From the NCBI GenBank assembly GCA_049724395.1, contig JAUGWO010000033.1, positions 62,001 through 126,000 on the forward strand: DNA of 64,000 nucleotides. The letters are read 5' to 3'. The notes beneath the pieces are model-generated. The model did no database searches. It was not told where the DNA came from and saw only the letters and a program-made list of their open reading frames with translations. Made by a program: the position numbers and the translations under genes. How positions within the stretch are numbered: position 1 is the stretch's first letter; each line of letters begins with the position of its first letter. This DNA is from Spongospora subterranea f. sp. subterranea. Lineage: Eukaryota. Shown here in pieces: positions 25,438 to 38,646 of the stretch.

Positions 25438-25608
25438 TGGAGGGGATGGAGGTCTTGTGTGTGGTGGTGACACGTCATTCAGCTAGAGGTCGTGCAGGAG
25501 GATTGTATGGGGGCAGTATCTGCTCAAGCGTCGAGGGATCACTGCACTTGTGAGTCGAGATTGGAGTTGGAACGAGAGTTGTTTCGTGGCGGCTGTGGTG
25601 AAAGAGGT

Positions 25609-25809
25609 ACGTGCTCAGTGCTGCTGAAGTAGTTGGAAGGGAGTGCTTCATTGGCAGTGATATTTCGTCGAAGCTCCGGGTGTTGATGCCAAGCTATGGG
25701 CGTCGTCGTACGCATTGCTGTTGTTGGAGCTGCATCGTGAGCGGAATGAACAACGATTACGCCCAATAAATCACTCCCTTCTCAACTACTTCAGCAGCAT
25801 TGAACACGT
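25609..25809. repeat. Imperfect ~48-bp inverted repeat (hairpin) with a ~105-nt loop
   Basis: ACGTGCTCAGTGCTGCTGAAGTAGTTGGAAGGGAGTGCTTCATTGGC (25609-25655) pairs with GCCCAATAAATCACTCCCTTCTCAACTACTTCAGCAGCATTGAACACGT (25761-25809). Confidence 0.88.
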
Positions 25810-28800
25810 TGATCACATGTTTATAATTGATACATTCACCTTATCACACATCGATCAGTTCGATACGTCCTCGCTTCACCGATCAGTTCTGTTCAATCTC
25901 GCTGATCATTTCAGTGCAGCAGATAGCGTCCTATCACCAAATACCCTCCAATTTCCAATAACAAGCAGAAGGTGTTAACGCATTCTGATGAGGAGCTTTG
26001 ATATAAACAACAGACCGTTATTATGCAGAATTGTGAAGTAGTTTAAAGTGAAGAAAACTATATAATATACGATTATTATTTCAATTCAGAAACTGGTTTA
26101 CAGTCTGCCCAAGATTGATACCCTAAATTAAACTCAGATCACCCCAAAATAACACTAAAAGAGGTAAAGGAGTGTCCAAAACACGAAGAGACATATGGAG
26201 TGAACAGGAAAGTGTTTACAAAATCCACTCATGTTCACCAAAATACAAGCGCTACGATTGGGTAATGGGACACCAAAACAACCTATAGCGGTCATTGTTT
26301 CGTGCAATGGCCTCAATCCGCCCATCCCTGAGTTGCCTCCACAAGCACTTCTCCCCTAAACCACCCATTCGGGAGCTCCGACAGTTTTCCACGCCCAATG
26401 CATGCATGTAATACTTTGAGCCAACAAGGGCAGCATACTTCATTGGATAAATCCAACAATGCGATGTGGATCATGGGGCTGACAAGAACGTTGCTGTCGC
26501 AAATCTCATACCCTGCTCCATATAAAGACTCGCAAAGAGGATGAACATACAGCGGTGGCCGGGCGATCCCCGGTTTCAATTGGCCTGCGACAGCGATCAA
26601 ACGGGTGACGTGATGGCATCGTCATGTTGAACATCCCGTTGTCACTTGGTCAGCGCGGTGGAGATGTTCTTACCAGGACGTTGATATTTATATGAGTGGT
26701 TCCCCTAACCGCAACCCGTTCAACCGGATAATCGTCACCATTCCAGATCAAATCTGCTTCCGATTGTACAATACAACAACACAATTTATAGAGAGAATTT
26801 GCTACAGGCGCACTGCTCTGTAGGTTTAGGAATCTATTTATTTAACTGGGGCGAATAGCAGGTTTTCTTACTAGGCTCTGAAGGTGATTTAGCGCAAAGT
26901 GGTCGTTTTTTGGACATATTTGTGGTAGGAACAGAAGATCCAGTCAACTTGACAGTGCCGTCGTCCAATATTGTTGTAGAAGGGACATTCTCCTGTTCGG
27001 CTCCATCCTCCTTCTTGGCCTTGCGGTTCGGCTTTCGCCTGGGCTTGGCGGGCACACGCTTTAGGAAAAGGGGCTCGGACAGCTGTGCGACAACGACCGG
27101 AGGGCTGGCGGTACCAACAGGGGCAGGGATTGACTGTTGTTCGGCTTGGATTCTGAGCGACTTCACTATCTCTTGTCGTTGAACAAATTGCCTCAGCTCT
27201 TCTCGCTCAAGGGTGGTCATCACCTGACAATCATTGAAGTCGGTGAAACTGGACAAGAATTGATTTTGAACTTGGGGAAAAGCTAAAAACGCCGAGGAGA
27301 AATTGAGAAATTGTTGGGGATTACCATATCGATTTCATGCACTGGGTTGGGATAACCTTGGGTCGATCGTCGAACAGTATCGTGCGATCGAGGAAGGTTA
27401 TCTTCGTCGGATAATCCCATGCCAGGCTCCCAGCAGTCCCGAATCTGAACAACGTGGCGGCGATCAATGTCTGCAATTGAGACGACAACTATGTCATACT
27501 CTTGGCTACCTCTATATTGGGTAGAGTAATACATTGACCACCGCTGGGCGATTCCGAGTTTGTCAGAGGGTAAAGCGGAACAATATCGTCCTCTAGAGCT
27601 CCGGTCAGATTTATCTGCAGGAGGACCCACGAACGGAATACCGAATTGGAAAGAAGAGTCGTTGAAAATCCATTGCACCGAGCTTGGGCTGTCGAGACGT
27701 GATCTTCTGTTGGATTTCGATTCGTTCGCGTTGAAACCGTCGTCGTCTAGGAACTCGCATCGATTCGCCTGCTGCCACAGGGGTCAAGCTAGGATCGCTG
27801 GAGGGAGTGCCCTGGTGATTGTACCTCGAGCAGCCGTTGAGTATGATCCATGAACGACGCGGGTCAAAACCAGGTTGCACAGGTCTTCAACGCTTTCGAA
27901 CGAATGATGATCGTTGCAACCGGCAACTTGCGAAATAACATCGACGGTCAGCAGAAGGATAGAGACGCAGGAGCAGCCTCTGTGTTTGAATGACGACTAC
28001 AATTCATTGAAGGCAGAGCTGGGAAACACAGGAACACGTGTGATCTTCCATTCACACTGACAGTCCTTCCGAACGTGATCGATCGCCGGTGGTTCGCGCA
28101 CCCACCTAGAACTCAAGAGTTGTGACTGTCGACCCAGTTGGCCAACCTGCAACCACGAGTGGTAGTACTGCAACAACTTAACTGTCGAGCATGCACGCCT
28201 GGCCAGTATGGCGCCAAATTCGAACGTTGTTTCGTGTTGAAAGACGTTGAACTTTGACGAGAACATAGTTTGCGATGCGCATTAGTTTATATATTTACAC
28301 ACGAACCGAGATAACGAAAAACAACGAGCTGTACATTTTCATCTCGAACGACGAGTGCCATTGACAGAACGTCTCAAATGTGACAATGGACGAACAGATC
28401 ATATATTTGACCCGTTGCGATCAGCATTTGAACATGAGATCCTGAGCTATGACCGTATTGCATTTCTCTGGCCGAATTCCTCGTCCGATGGTTCGATCAA
28501 CGCGGACATGGTACGGCGGCACAGTTCCTTCAACATATCGAAGTGGAACGGAATCAACTTCGCGGCATCTTTAGGTCTGAATCGGTATCCATTAGATCAC
28601 AGCAGGAGATTGGTTCGGCGACGTGTAGACATACGTGCAAGAAGTTAACGAATCGATTGCATCAACAGAATTTGTCGAAAACAGAACGTCATGAAATTTA
28701 ATGGTATTTACGACGACGTTTTTGAGAAATTTCTTAGCAACAGAAATGGCACCACTATCAGTAAGGAGGGCTCAGGTATTCGTATGCGAATGTCATGAAG

Positions 28801-30600
28801 GAACCTCACCTCTGTAAGTGAAGTAAATAGATATGTACTCGAATTTGATAAGCGAGCACCAACGATGGCCTGCAGTTCATCGAGACTATACAGGAAAAAT
28901 ACTGATCAGCGATCAGGAGCTGGTCAAGCTGCTGAGTCTCAATTAGAGAACGAAAGTAATCTTGGTCGAAGCTCACTCGAGATTCTCGTTCCAGTCTACC
29001 CAGGAAACACATGTTGATTGAATTAAAACTGAAAAGGATGTCGTAATGGAAATATTTCTACACATACGAATGTCTCGCTTCATGAAACCCGTTTTTGGCT
29101 AAAAACATAACCATTTGCTGTACTTGGCACCTCGTCATCGAATTGGGTAGTTTCAGAGCAGGCCCATTTGGTTCTACCATACCGAATCCTATCAATGATG
29201 ACAGATCGCCCTGGCAGGATTCTTCCAGGAATCACAGCAACAGAATGGCCATTTGTCAAGTACTGGAACACTCTGACATGGAGAAGGCTGCACCTTCACT
29301 GTGAAACAGTGGACGGTTCTCACTTTGACATGGAGGTGGCTGCGCCATCGGCAAGGGTAGGGTCATGGTAGAGCCTAATAAGGTGTAGTGGTGTATTGGT
29401 GTAGAAGAACTTCGGTTGTATGTTGATTCACGAGAGGAAAGTGTTTAGCGACCGGAAGAGAGGAGTAGTTTCAAGCGATTCAGATAGACGCACATGATGA
29501 ATAGCTGTATCTGTTATCTAATGTCAATCGTTGGGAATAGTGCAATCAAAAAAGATTCTATGGGCGACGTTTGAGTGGGTTCTGCTAAGTTATGGCCATT
29601 GTGAACCAGGCCATCTCGATTTATCTCAAGACCGCCGATCTGTAATAGATACACTCAATCAAGTCGAAGAAAGACACATTCTTCTAAATACACTATTGAT
29701 ATAGAACCTGTGGTTGTATTGTTTCGATTCGCGTAAAAAATACAACTGTGGAAAACACTGTAGATCGTCACTTTGCAATTGTGTTTTTTGTCAATATCGG
29801 GGATGAAGTGCAGGTTCATCCGGTGAAGATTAAACCAGATTTGACATGAACTTTACGTATAATTTTTGACGTTCAATTCGCAAAAAACATTCTCAACCGC
29901 CCTGCTTCGTGTAATAATTTACTGGGGCTTGTCGCAGAATCGATCACCAAATCTTCGAAAGACCTGCCAGAGCCATTGGTGCACAGCCTTGTCTCACTGC
30001 ATAAATCAACTATTGTGGCGGAATCACAAACCACAATGACGCGAGGTCTTTATGTTGTGACCTCAAATATGTCGGTTGAACTCTATCTAAAGTATCTTTT
30101 CAAATTCAAAAAAGCCAATCTGCAAAACTTGCTCTATTACATTGAGAAAGGGAAAAAATAATCTGGAAAATAACCGTAATTGTTATTGAAAACTATCAAG
30201 GACACACCTTTCAATGGATTGTCTGTGAGCGCCACCTCAAGTAAAACTGGTGTAAATTCTTCATCATCTCTTGAAGAGTTTTTGAATGAAGATTACGGCT
30301 ATTTTCCAGATTGTTTGTTTTTTCCTGACACCTCTGAGTGTATGTACGGTGTTTTCCCATACCTAATAACAAAAGTGTAAGAACATTTTACACTGCCTCT
30401 TATGGGTTTACCCTGTCGAGGCAAAACTACAGTACCGTACACAACAGCACTGCTGTAATGCTGTAGCCACTTCGTTTCAGGTATGGCGCTACAGGCTGTG
30501 GGTGTAGTGTTACAGGGTAAGACAGGGCGCCATTAGGATATATAAGGCAGGGACGCACCCGCCTTTACAACACAACATTTCGTTTTTTGGAGTGCTGCAA

Positions 30601-32523
30601 ATGACTTTGCACAGAACAGATGCTGCCTTTGTTGCGGTCGCTGCAATGCTCTACCAACTTATTAAGTGGATCGGCGTCTGGACCTCGATCAGGACCCGCA
30701 CGAACGAATGTCTCAAGGACGTGGATTCGTTTCAAATCGTTATTGTGACCGTTTTCATGTCGACAATTATTACATCAAATGGGCGGATTCGGCAAACATT
30801 TCGAAGGTGGCTACGTCAAGTACAAGCGAAAGGTTGCTTGAAATTAACAAAATTTGTGCTATTCAAAGTAGGTCACCTGCCTATGAAGCACGTTGTACTT
30901 CAGTCCGATTTCTCGCTAGATTGCTGGTTTGCTTCCATCAGTTCAGAAAAAAATTAGCGACGAGACTTTGAAGACAAACCAAATTTTGAAGGATGAGATG
31001 CTAAAAGAAGTTAAGAACGAGGACAATCTGTACAATCTTCCCGACAATGGAGTGTCTCAAACTCATATATTAAACAAGGTATTTTTTGATCACATTGCCT
31101 CAACGTGTGGTTTGAGCCCTTGCTTTCAGGTCAAAGATTGGTCAGAAAAGGAGCACAAGAAGTGGGACTCTGGGAAGGTTTGTTTTGAGTTTATCTGACA
31201 ATATCGATATGTTTACCATTTAAGTTATCAGGTATCAGGAGGGATTTATCACGGCAAGGACCAGTTCACTGCATTTTTATGCCAAGGTTGGTTCATGTTA
31301 TCTGGTTGCTGTCACTTTATCTCTGAGCTTGACCCTCAGTTTATTCAATGTTCGCGCTGTCCAATCCGTTGCATCCCGACGTGTTTCCATTTGTTCGGAA
31401 AATGGAATCCGAAATTGTCGCAATGACGGTGGCTCTATTCCATGGCGACCCGCAGAAATCCTGTGGGACGATTTCCAGCGGTGGCACCGAATCAATTCTA
31501 TTATCGTGTAAAGCTTATCGCGATCGGGCTCTCGAAATTTTTGGTATTACGCGTCCAGAAATGATTGCCCCGGTTACTATCCATGCTGCTTTCGAAAAGG
31601 CTGCCGAATATTTTGGAATCGACTTAATCCATGTCCCGGTCGATCCTGTGACAATGAAGGCCGACGTCGGTGCTGTTCGCAGAGCTATTACGTCTAACAC
31701 GGTCTTGATCGCCGCAAGTTCGCCTTGTTTTCCATTCGGTATCATTGATCCGATTGAGGAGCTTGCAGGCTTAGCCAGCTCCTATTCTATCGGGTTTCAT
31801 GTTGATTGTTGCCTCGGGTCATTTCTCCTTCCATTTCTGGGAGATATCGGGCATCCTTTACCAGCGTTTGATTTCTCCGTCAAGGGCGTCACGTCGATAT
31901 CGTGCGATCTGCACAAATATGGTTACGCGCCTAAAGGAATATCATGCATCATGTACAATTCTCAAGAGTTAAGGAGATTTCAATATTTTTCATCTGTTTC
32001 ATGGACTGGAGGAATTTATGCGTCTCCAACCTTGGCTGGATCGCGCCCTGGAGCATTATCTGCTGCGGCATGGGCAGCAATGGTCGCGTTGGGGAAAGAT
32101 GGGTATCGAGCCTGTGCTAGAGATATCATGATTGCCGCCCAAACTATCAAGAACGGGATCCGTGAGATTTCTGAGCTCAAACTTGTTGGCGATCCTCTGA
32201 TGAGTGTTATATCCTTCACGGCAGCTGATCCTTTATCCCTCAATATTTACAACGTCAACGAAGCCATGTCGAAGCGGGGTTGGATGTTGAACGCATTGCA
32301 AAACCCGTCCTCTGTCCATATCTGCTTGACAAATATGCATACTGGTGAAGTGGCCAGTAAATTTATTCAGGATTTGACGTCATCCGTTAGCGACGTCATC
32401 GCAAACCCAAAACATTTTTCCAATGGAAGTGCCGCGATATATGGAATGGCGTCGGCGATACCGGATGGCTCAATTGTCGACAACATTGCCAGGTCGTACA
32501 TTGATATGTTATTCATGAATTAA
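30601..32523 (+). CDS. SGPL1: Sphingosine-1-phosphate lyase (PLP-dependent), multi-exon
   Basis: N-terminal hydrophobic anchor, KVSGGIYHG, SNPLHPDVFP, SGGTESILL, HVDCCLG, SISCDLHKYGYAPKG (PLP lysine), YASPTLAGSRPG, AIYGMA. Confidence 0.95.
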
Positions 32524-32575
32524 AACTAATTTTATCCTTCGCAACACTTTTATCATTTAATTCAGTGGAAGCGTA

Positions 32576-32883
32576 CTATTTTTTCTTTGATGCCGAAGCA
32601 GTAGCATCTGCTTCAGCCTTCTTTTTTGCAAGGGCCGCTTCTTGTTTCTGTCTCATTATTGTAGCATCGCTGTGTTAGGAAGTCATGAAAACAGTCATCA
32701 ATAATAGCAGTTACGACATACTTCAATTGTTGTTTCCTTAGATCATTGGTTGATTTTTTTTGGGGTTTTGCATTGGCCGCTGCTCTTCTTTGTGACCTTT
32801 CCTGAAAAAAAAATGAGTGATCATAAATAAAATAAAGACGATTGCTCTACTCTATCAACATCGCGTTGGTTTCCTCTGGTCAT
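32576..32883 (-). CDS. SERF: Small EDRK-rich factor (SERF/4F5 family), 3 exons, not in the ORF track
   Basis: Spliced MTRGNQRDVDR|ERSQRRAAANAKPQKKSTNDLRKQQLN|DATIMRQKQEAALAKKKAEADATASASKKK*. MTRGNQRD..RER and D..IMRQKQ are 4F5 hallmarks, and both introns are GT-AG. Confidence 0.88.
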
Positions 32884-34068
32884 TCCGAGCAAGTCAAACA
32901 GAACTAAACCAATTCCAACGCGATAGGTCAAAGTCGACAATCTATGGTGACCAGCTCTGGTGTCACGGTCTCACAGCTCACTGTACTCAACCCAGTCGGA
33001 GCATGACCCCTGGTTGGTGTCTTGCGACTGGTAGGGGTTGTTTGGACTACCCGTCACAGGGTACACCGGTCATGATCTAGCCAACGCCGACTGACTGTAA
33101 CAGTAATAATTAGCCATGGGGTTACAGTATGGCCCAGCCAAGGCCAAACCAAGTTTTTTGAAAAGTACATTGACATTGCTATGAATCCGATCGCATCGCA
33201 CCGTAGTTCTGTCCAGCCCAAGTCCATCTGTTTTCCAATTTTTAAACGGAAACAACAGCTTGATGAGACTTTTCGCGCAATGACTGGCTTTGCTGGCCTT
33301 CAGTTGGTCTCATCCCCGTTTGGATATGCGGTTATCGCCTGGCGGTCGACGATATCGTATCCCGATCTGACCAATGATATCCTCTGTCACCGTAATGCTC
33401 TAAACCACTGGGAAATTAATGTCATCAGCAGCTGTGGCCTTCCAGAGCTGGAACAACGCGCGATCACCATTACAAATGAGGGTTCGGGAGTCTTTCTTCA
33501 TTAATATCGTTCATCAAAATACGAACGAGATAATAAGATATATATAATTGAGAATACAAAAAAATGTTTAAGTTCCCATTTTCAATGGCAATCGCGCGTC
33601 GTTCCAGCGCTGGAAGGCCAAGCTGCTGATGGCCCTTTGGTAATAGCAATATGTGTCAGAGAGTATCGACGTCAGTTTGACTTATTCAGAAACAAAATCA
33701 ACACGTTGACAATTATTGATATTGCTTTCCTGCTCCGAGTCCAACCCATCTGCAGAGATTTCATAGGCTAACATTCGTCGTGACGTCACCTTCTGGCATA
33801 GCTTGAGAGTCCCCCTCTTCCAGTACATCACCCTTTTGTGCACAACAATCGTGGTTTGCTTGAATGCGGGAAAACGGTCGTTGCGGCATTCGGGACCGTT
33901 CGCCGGAAATGCTGTTCACCCTAAACTGGGCGATCGGAGTAAGATGATGGATCGTAGGAATTGGCGCCCTCTCATCGATGAGAAAGAACAATATATATTC
34001 TGTGAAGTCGCTCTGCCGAAAACACTCTAAGGGAGTTGAGGTTATGTGTATTTATTGTTGAATGGCGA

Positions 34069-37000
34069 TTATCGGTGCTTGATATTATGGATTAGGTTAT
34101 CAAACTGTCGGTATGTTGTACTGAGGCTCTTCTGGATCTCTTTCCTCAGGCGCTCGATCGCACCTGAACAATCATGATCAGTTTAGGGCGCCATCCGCCC
34201 GCCCCCAACAACAACCCTAACCTTTCTCTGTGTCTTGTAGGAAGAACTTATCGCGAAGATAGTTGATATCTTCCTGGAACATCAGCTCTGGCATTTGCGC
34301 CGACACCATCTGTTCCCGACATCGTGAGTTCAGTCGGCAATGGGATACGAGCGAGGGGCGGTCGTACCAGACTGAACAGATTGATGAACAACGACGCGTG
34401 ATTCCTCAGAATCGTGAACGCTTGCGCCGATAAATCGGTGAAGACGCGGAACTCTTTCGCCTTCTTATAGTTCTTCCCGCCCATCACGAACGCCATCTCT
34501 GGAGTCAACACGAACGCGGCTCGTTCCCGTTTGATACCGAATTTCGACTTGAAATTGCCCAAGAAATGGCCGAAGTCGATATCTGTATAAAAACAATCGC
34601 CAAAAATCAACTGGTGTTTCGGCCCAACAACGAAACCGGTTCCGGATCGTACGAAATAGGCGGCCGTCTTTGGTCAGCATGATATTGCCGTTATGGCGAT
34701 CACCAATTCCAAGAACATATTGTCGCCACACAATAACCAGCACAGCTCTAAAACCAAGAACTGTTCAGCCGAATCGCAAAAAAAAAGCCACATCGGCGCC
34801 GGCGACAAACACACTTTGATGAAATTTTCTTTGGCCGATTCGAGCTGTTTGGGATCCTTGTTGTGATCGACCAGGAACTTCTGAAGCGGATCGAGCTTCA
34901 ATGCGCCTAATGCTCCACCACCGTATTTCAATTGGATCCCAGATGTCGTGTCCGAGTTCAGAACGATCTCGATCAGACCAACCCCTGTGGGTGACGGAAA
35001 CACGACAGCGATCGGTCAGATTTGGAGATGACGCGAAAAGGGCGTTGTTGGCGATGACCTTTTCCTTGGGCGTTGATCCCAGTCGACACACAATTGTAGG
35101 GAATTAACCTCATGTCGAGATCTTCGGACACCCAGATCTTGTCCATCACCTTCAGCAGCTGGAGCGTCAGAATATCTTGACGAAGGTCGTCGCCCGACTT
35201 GAACATCACCTACAGCGCCAAACACAGATCGGGTCAGGTTTGTCACGATCAATGTGCGATCCACATCGTCCAGTCTCTAACGATGATGTTATCGCCCAAC
35301 GGATCGGCGTTCTTGAACACGAGCCAGAGCGGCGCCATTTTCGACGACATGAACCGACATTTCTCGACAATCAACGTCGTGACCAACCACTTCGGGTTCA
35401 ACGGGATCTGTGTCGACCCGTTCTTCACGAGGTAGTTGTCGTTGAATTTGTGCAGCGACGAGACGTATTCGGCCTGAACAGATTGTTCCCCAGAAGAGTT
35501 CAGTCGGCGATGTGGATCGGATCCGAGCGCGATCGGACCTGAATCTCGTCGTCGGGGATATCCTTGGCGTGTTTTCGGGCGACGACTCGGCCCGATATGC
35601 GCTGGAGGCGCTGGACGACCTCGTACTGTTTACGCAGCTCGTTGGCGTGCGATCCGGAATGGAACAGGTATTCCTCGAGGATCAGGGCGAATCGCTCGCA
35701 ATGAAACGGATTGTGCAGTTCCGCTTTCAGATGCCAAAACAGGAAATGCCCTGACAAGTTGTGTGTGTTCTGTCAATTGATTTCGACGAGAACGTGTGAT
35801 CCAGTCACCAATGCACAAAAAGGGTTTCGGAGAGCGCGTTCAATCAGGAACCGGGTCAAGGGCGAATCGTGATAGGGCTCGTTCTTGATCGATTGGGCCA
35901 GCTGTAGCAAGAACAACTGCAGCTCATCGTCGGGCAGAACGCGCAGACAGTTGACGGCGTAGTCGCGAACTTTGTAATCGGCGTATCGGGCGTCCAGCAG
36001 CTCCAATGCCGAAACCGGGTTCAAGGGCGGCGTCCAGTTCGACAGCAGACGATGCGCCTGATGTTCCAACATAGCACGACAATGAACACACACCGAAACG
36101 GATCCTCTGGAAAAACATTGGTGATCACCTCGTTCCGGTGATCGACGGACGTCCAATCAACGCTTTGCAGAAACTTGGGGAGCGCCAACGGATATGGTAA
36201 TAGGTGATGGCGCGTCATCCAGAAGATCTCCTTGTCGTTGGCGGTGAGGACGTAGAGCGGATCGGTCTTGATCAACGCGTCCAGGTTCTGTCGAACCTCC
36301 TTCGCCAGTTTCTTCCACAGCTGTTTCTCGCCGATTCTGGCGATATCCGGCTCCCGAAACTGTTCACAGAGCGCGGAACGATCAGTGTCGGGCTGATATC
36401 GATCGCGCCGCGTTGGGCGTTGGGTTCAAATACCACTTCCACGAGCGGAGCCGCCACCGGCAATGTCAACTGCTCGAACTCGATCCAGACAGACACGGTT
36501 TGGACATTCGACGACCTGAACAACCATCGTGTCACGACGATCACCGACAACACAATCGACGAACCGAGTCAGATTCTCAACCGTTGTCCCTCGAAATACG
36601 AACGTGAGCGCGTCTAGATGCCCTTGTTTGATCCCCGTGTCGATCGTCCTGTTGAACCCAGACACGATGTTCAGGGCGATACTGTTGATCGGGCGAACAC
36701 CATTCCGTACCACATCTTGAGGTTGTGAAGACCGCTCCTGACGTGACCGAACTGGTCAACCAATGGGATATTGACCCACGATAATAGGTCCTCCTCCTTC
36801 GTGTAGGTCCGTTTACCATACAGCAATATGCTGATTCGCGATTCCCTGGAGCAAAAACAGGTGTCGGGGGCGGGGGCGATGTTCGAGCGACTGGGGCGGG
36901 CGGTTTACCGAGGGATCTTGGAGGCGATGATGTGAGGGATCGCCTTGTCCGATGGGGAAAGCCATTGCGACCAACGAGGGGATTGGGACCGCGCCACATC

Positions 37001-38646
37001 CGCCGTCGACATATCACTGACGCCGAACCCCAATCAGGGCGATGATCAACGGTGTCGGTCAACGATCGGTCCACCTCACCTTTCTTTGATGATCTCAGTC
37101 CCGTGGAACAGGAACACGCGAACCCTCAAATGGGTTATCGTGGCGTCCATTCGGGGCAGAACCAGTTCACTGCAGTTCTCGATCCCGCGAATACGATATC
37201 GGAACTGGTGGTTCAGCGATCGCAGAGCGAAGTAGGTCTGTGTGTCCCAGGTCGTCGATATTCTGGTCTCGGTGAAATCGTCCATGGTCAATATCGGAAG
37301 AGTGTGATCGACCCGCTCCTTGTACATCTCCGGTAATCGCACCGACGCCTCCGACAACGCCTGTCCAGAGTGTCATCATTGGGGTCCACACAAGCACCGA
37401 TGGTGGAACAAAATGGCGATCGCGTTCCCACCTTGGGCTCGGGGCGTCGTACTAGCGCCAGGTCAACGGTCTGCAGATTTCTCAGACAACCTCTGATGGT
37501 CTCGTAGCTGTAAAGCGCCTCTGGACCGTGCATATATTCATCCAAACCCACGACCTGAAACCGTCGTCGGATCAGATTGGAGATGGTGAAACCCCCGAAC
37601 AACCGACCTTGAGAACGTTGGACGACGGATCGCCCAATTCTCTAATTCCTTCAGCTCTGGTGTCGAAATGTTCATAGATCTTCGCGATCAGCGACGCCGA
37701 TGTGTCGTGATCTGTGGACGACCATGGTCAGCGATGGCGATGGGGCAACGGACGGGGAGCGGACTCGTAATCGTGAGCTGAAGCTGTTGTGGGCGATTAT
37801 GGCTGACGATGATGACGGTGCAGCGCATGGTGTCGGGCGTGTTCTTGGGGAGAACGCCGCCGCTCAGATATCGGGGCATGTGCAGATCTTGCTGTAAAAA
37901 CTGTTCGTGCGGGAAATTATACGCCCTGCGATGACAGGCGACGAGGATGATGTTTTAGTGATTCCTGGTGACGAACGGCGATGGACAGAACTTACCTGGC
38001 TCTGTAGGCGGCCACATTAGAATTCTCGAAATGCCACGGAAGATGAGCGAAGTTGATCAGCGCGTCCACATCGTTCTTATTGTCCTTCTTGTCTTCCTCT
38101 TCGAGAATGGCGTTCACTTTTTCGATCGCTTCACGAACCTGATCAAGAGCTCAGTTTCCGGCGACCGATGACGTGTGCCGTTTCCGCTATCGCCGAACCT
38201 CGCTGAGCCCATGGCGAACCTCTTCGCTGACGAAGGCCTGGTTCGATATGTGGGTGACGTCCTCGATCATTCTGGTCAACGCGCTGTAGACGTGCTCGGG
38301 CGTCTGGATGATGTCCACGTTGGACTCCTCGAACGACATGTGCCGGTTGATTCTGGATTCCTCCTCGGCCAAGTTCGACAACGACTTGATATCGTCCTCG
38401 TCGTCCAAGTCGCTCTCCTCGATTTGCGACGAGATTTCGCTGCCGGCGCTCCTTGGCGTTTTCACCAGCCCATCATTGCTCAGCGCCAGGGACGGCGCCT
38501 TCGTCGCCAACGCCGTCCCGTTCTTCTTCAGGTCGAAGATGTTGTCGCCCCGAATTTTCGACGACTCCCTGGTACTCGTCCAGCTGCTGATCCCACCAGG
38601 CGGCTTCGTTCGCCTCGTAGTCCGACGCCGTTTTGTCGTCCGACAT
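34069..38646 (-). CDS. Class I-like phosphoinositide 3-kinase (Ras-binding, C2, helical and kinase domains), multi-exon, with three apparent frameshifts
   Basis: [12 protein letters not shown] (RBD), [111 protein letters not shown]-terminal [11 protein letters not shown]. Confidence 0.92.

Noticed and set aside
34069..38646. PI3K and RPA2 as true pseudogenes
   Set aside because: The only lesions are 1-2 nt homopolymer length changes; catalytic motifs and splice sites are otherwise intact.
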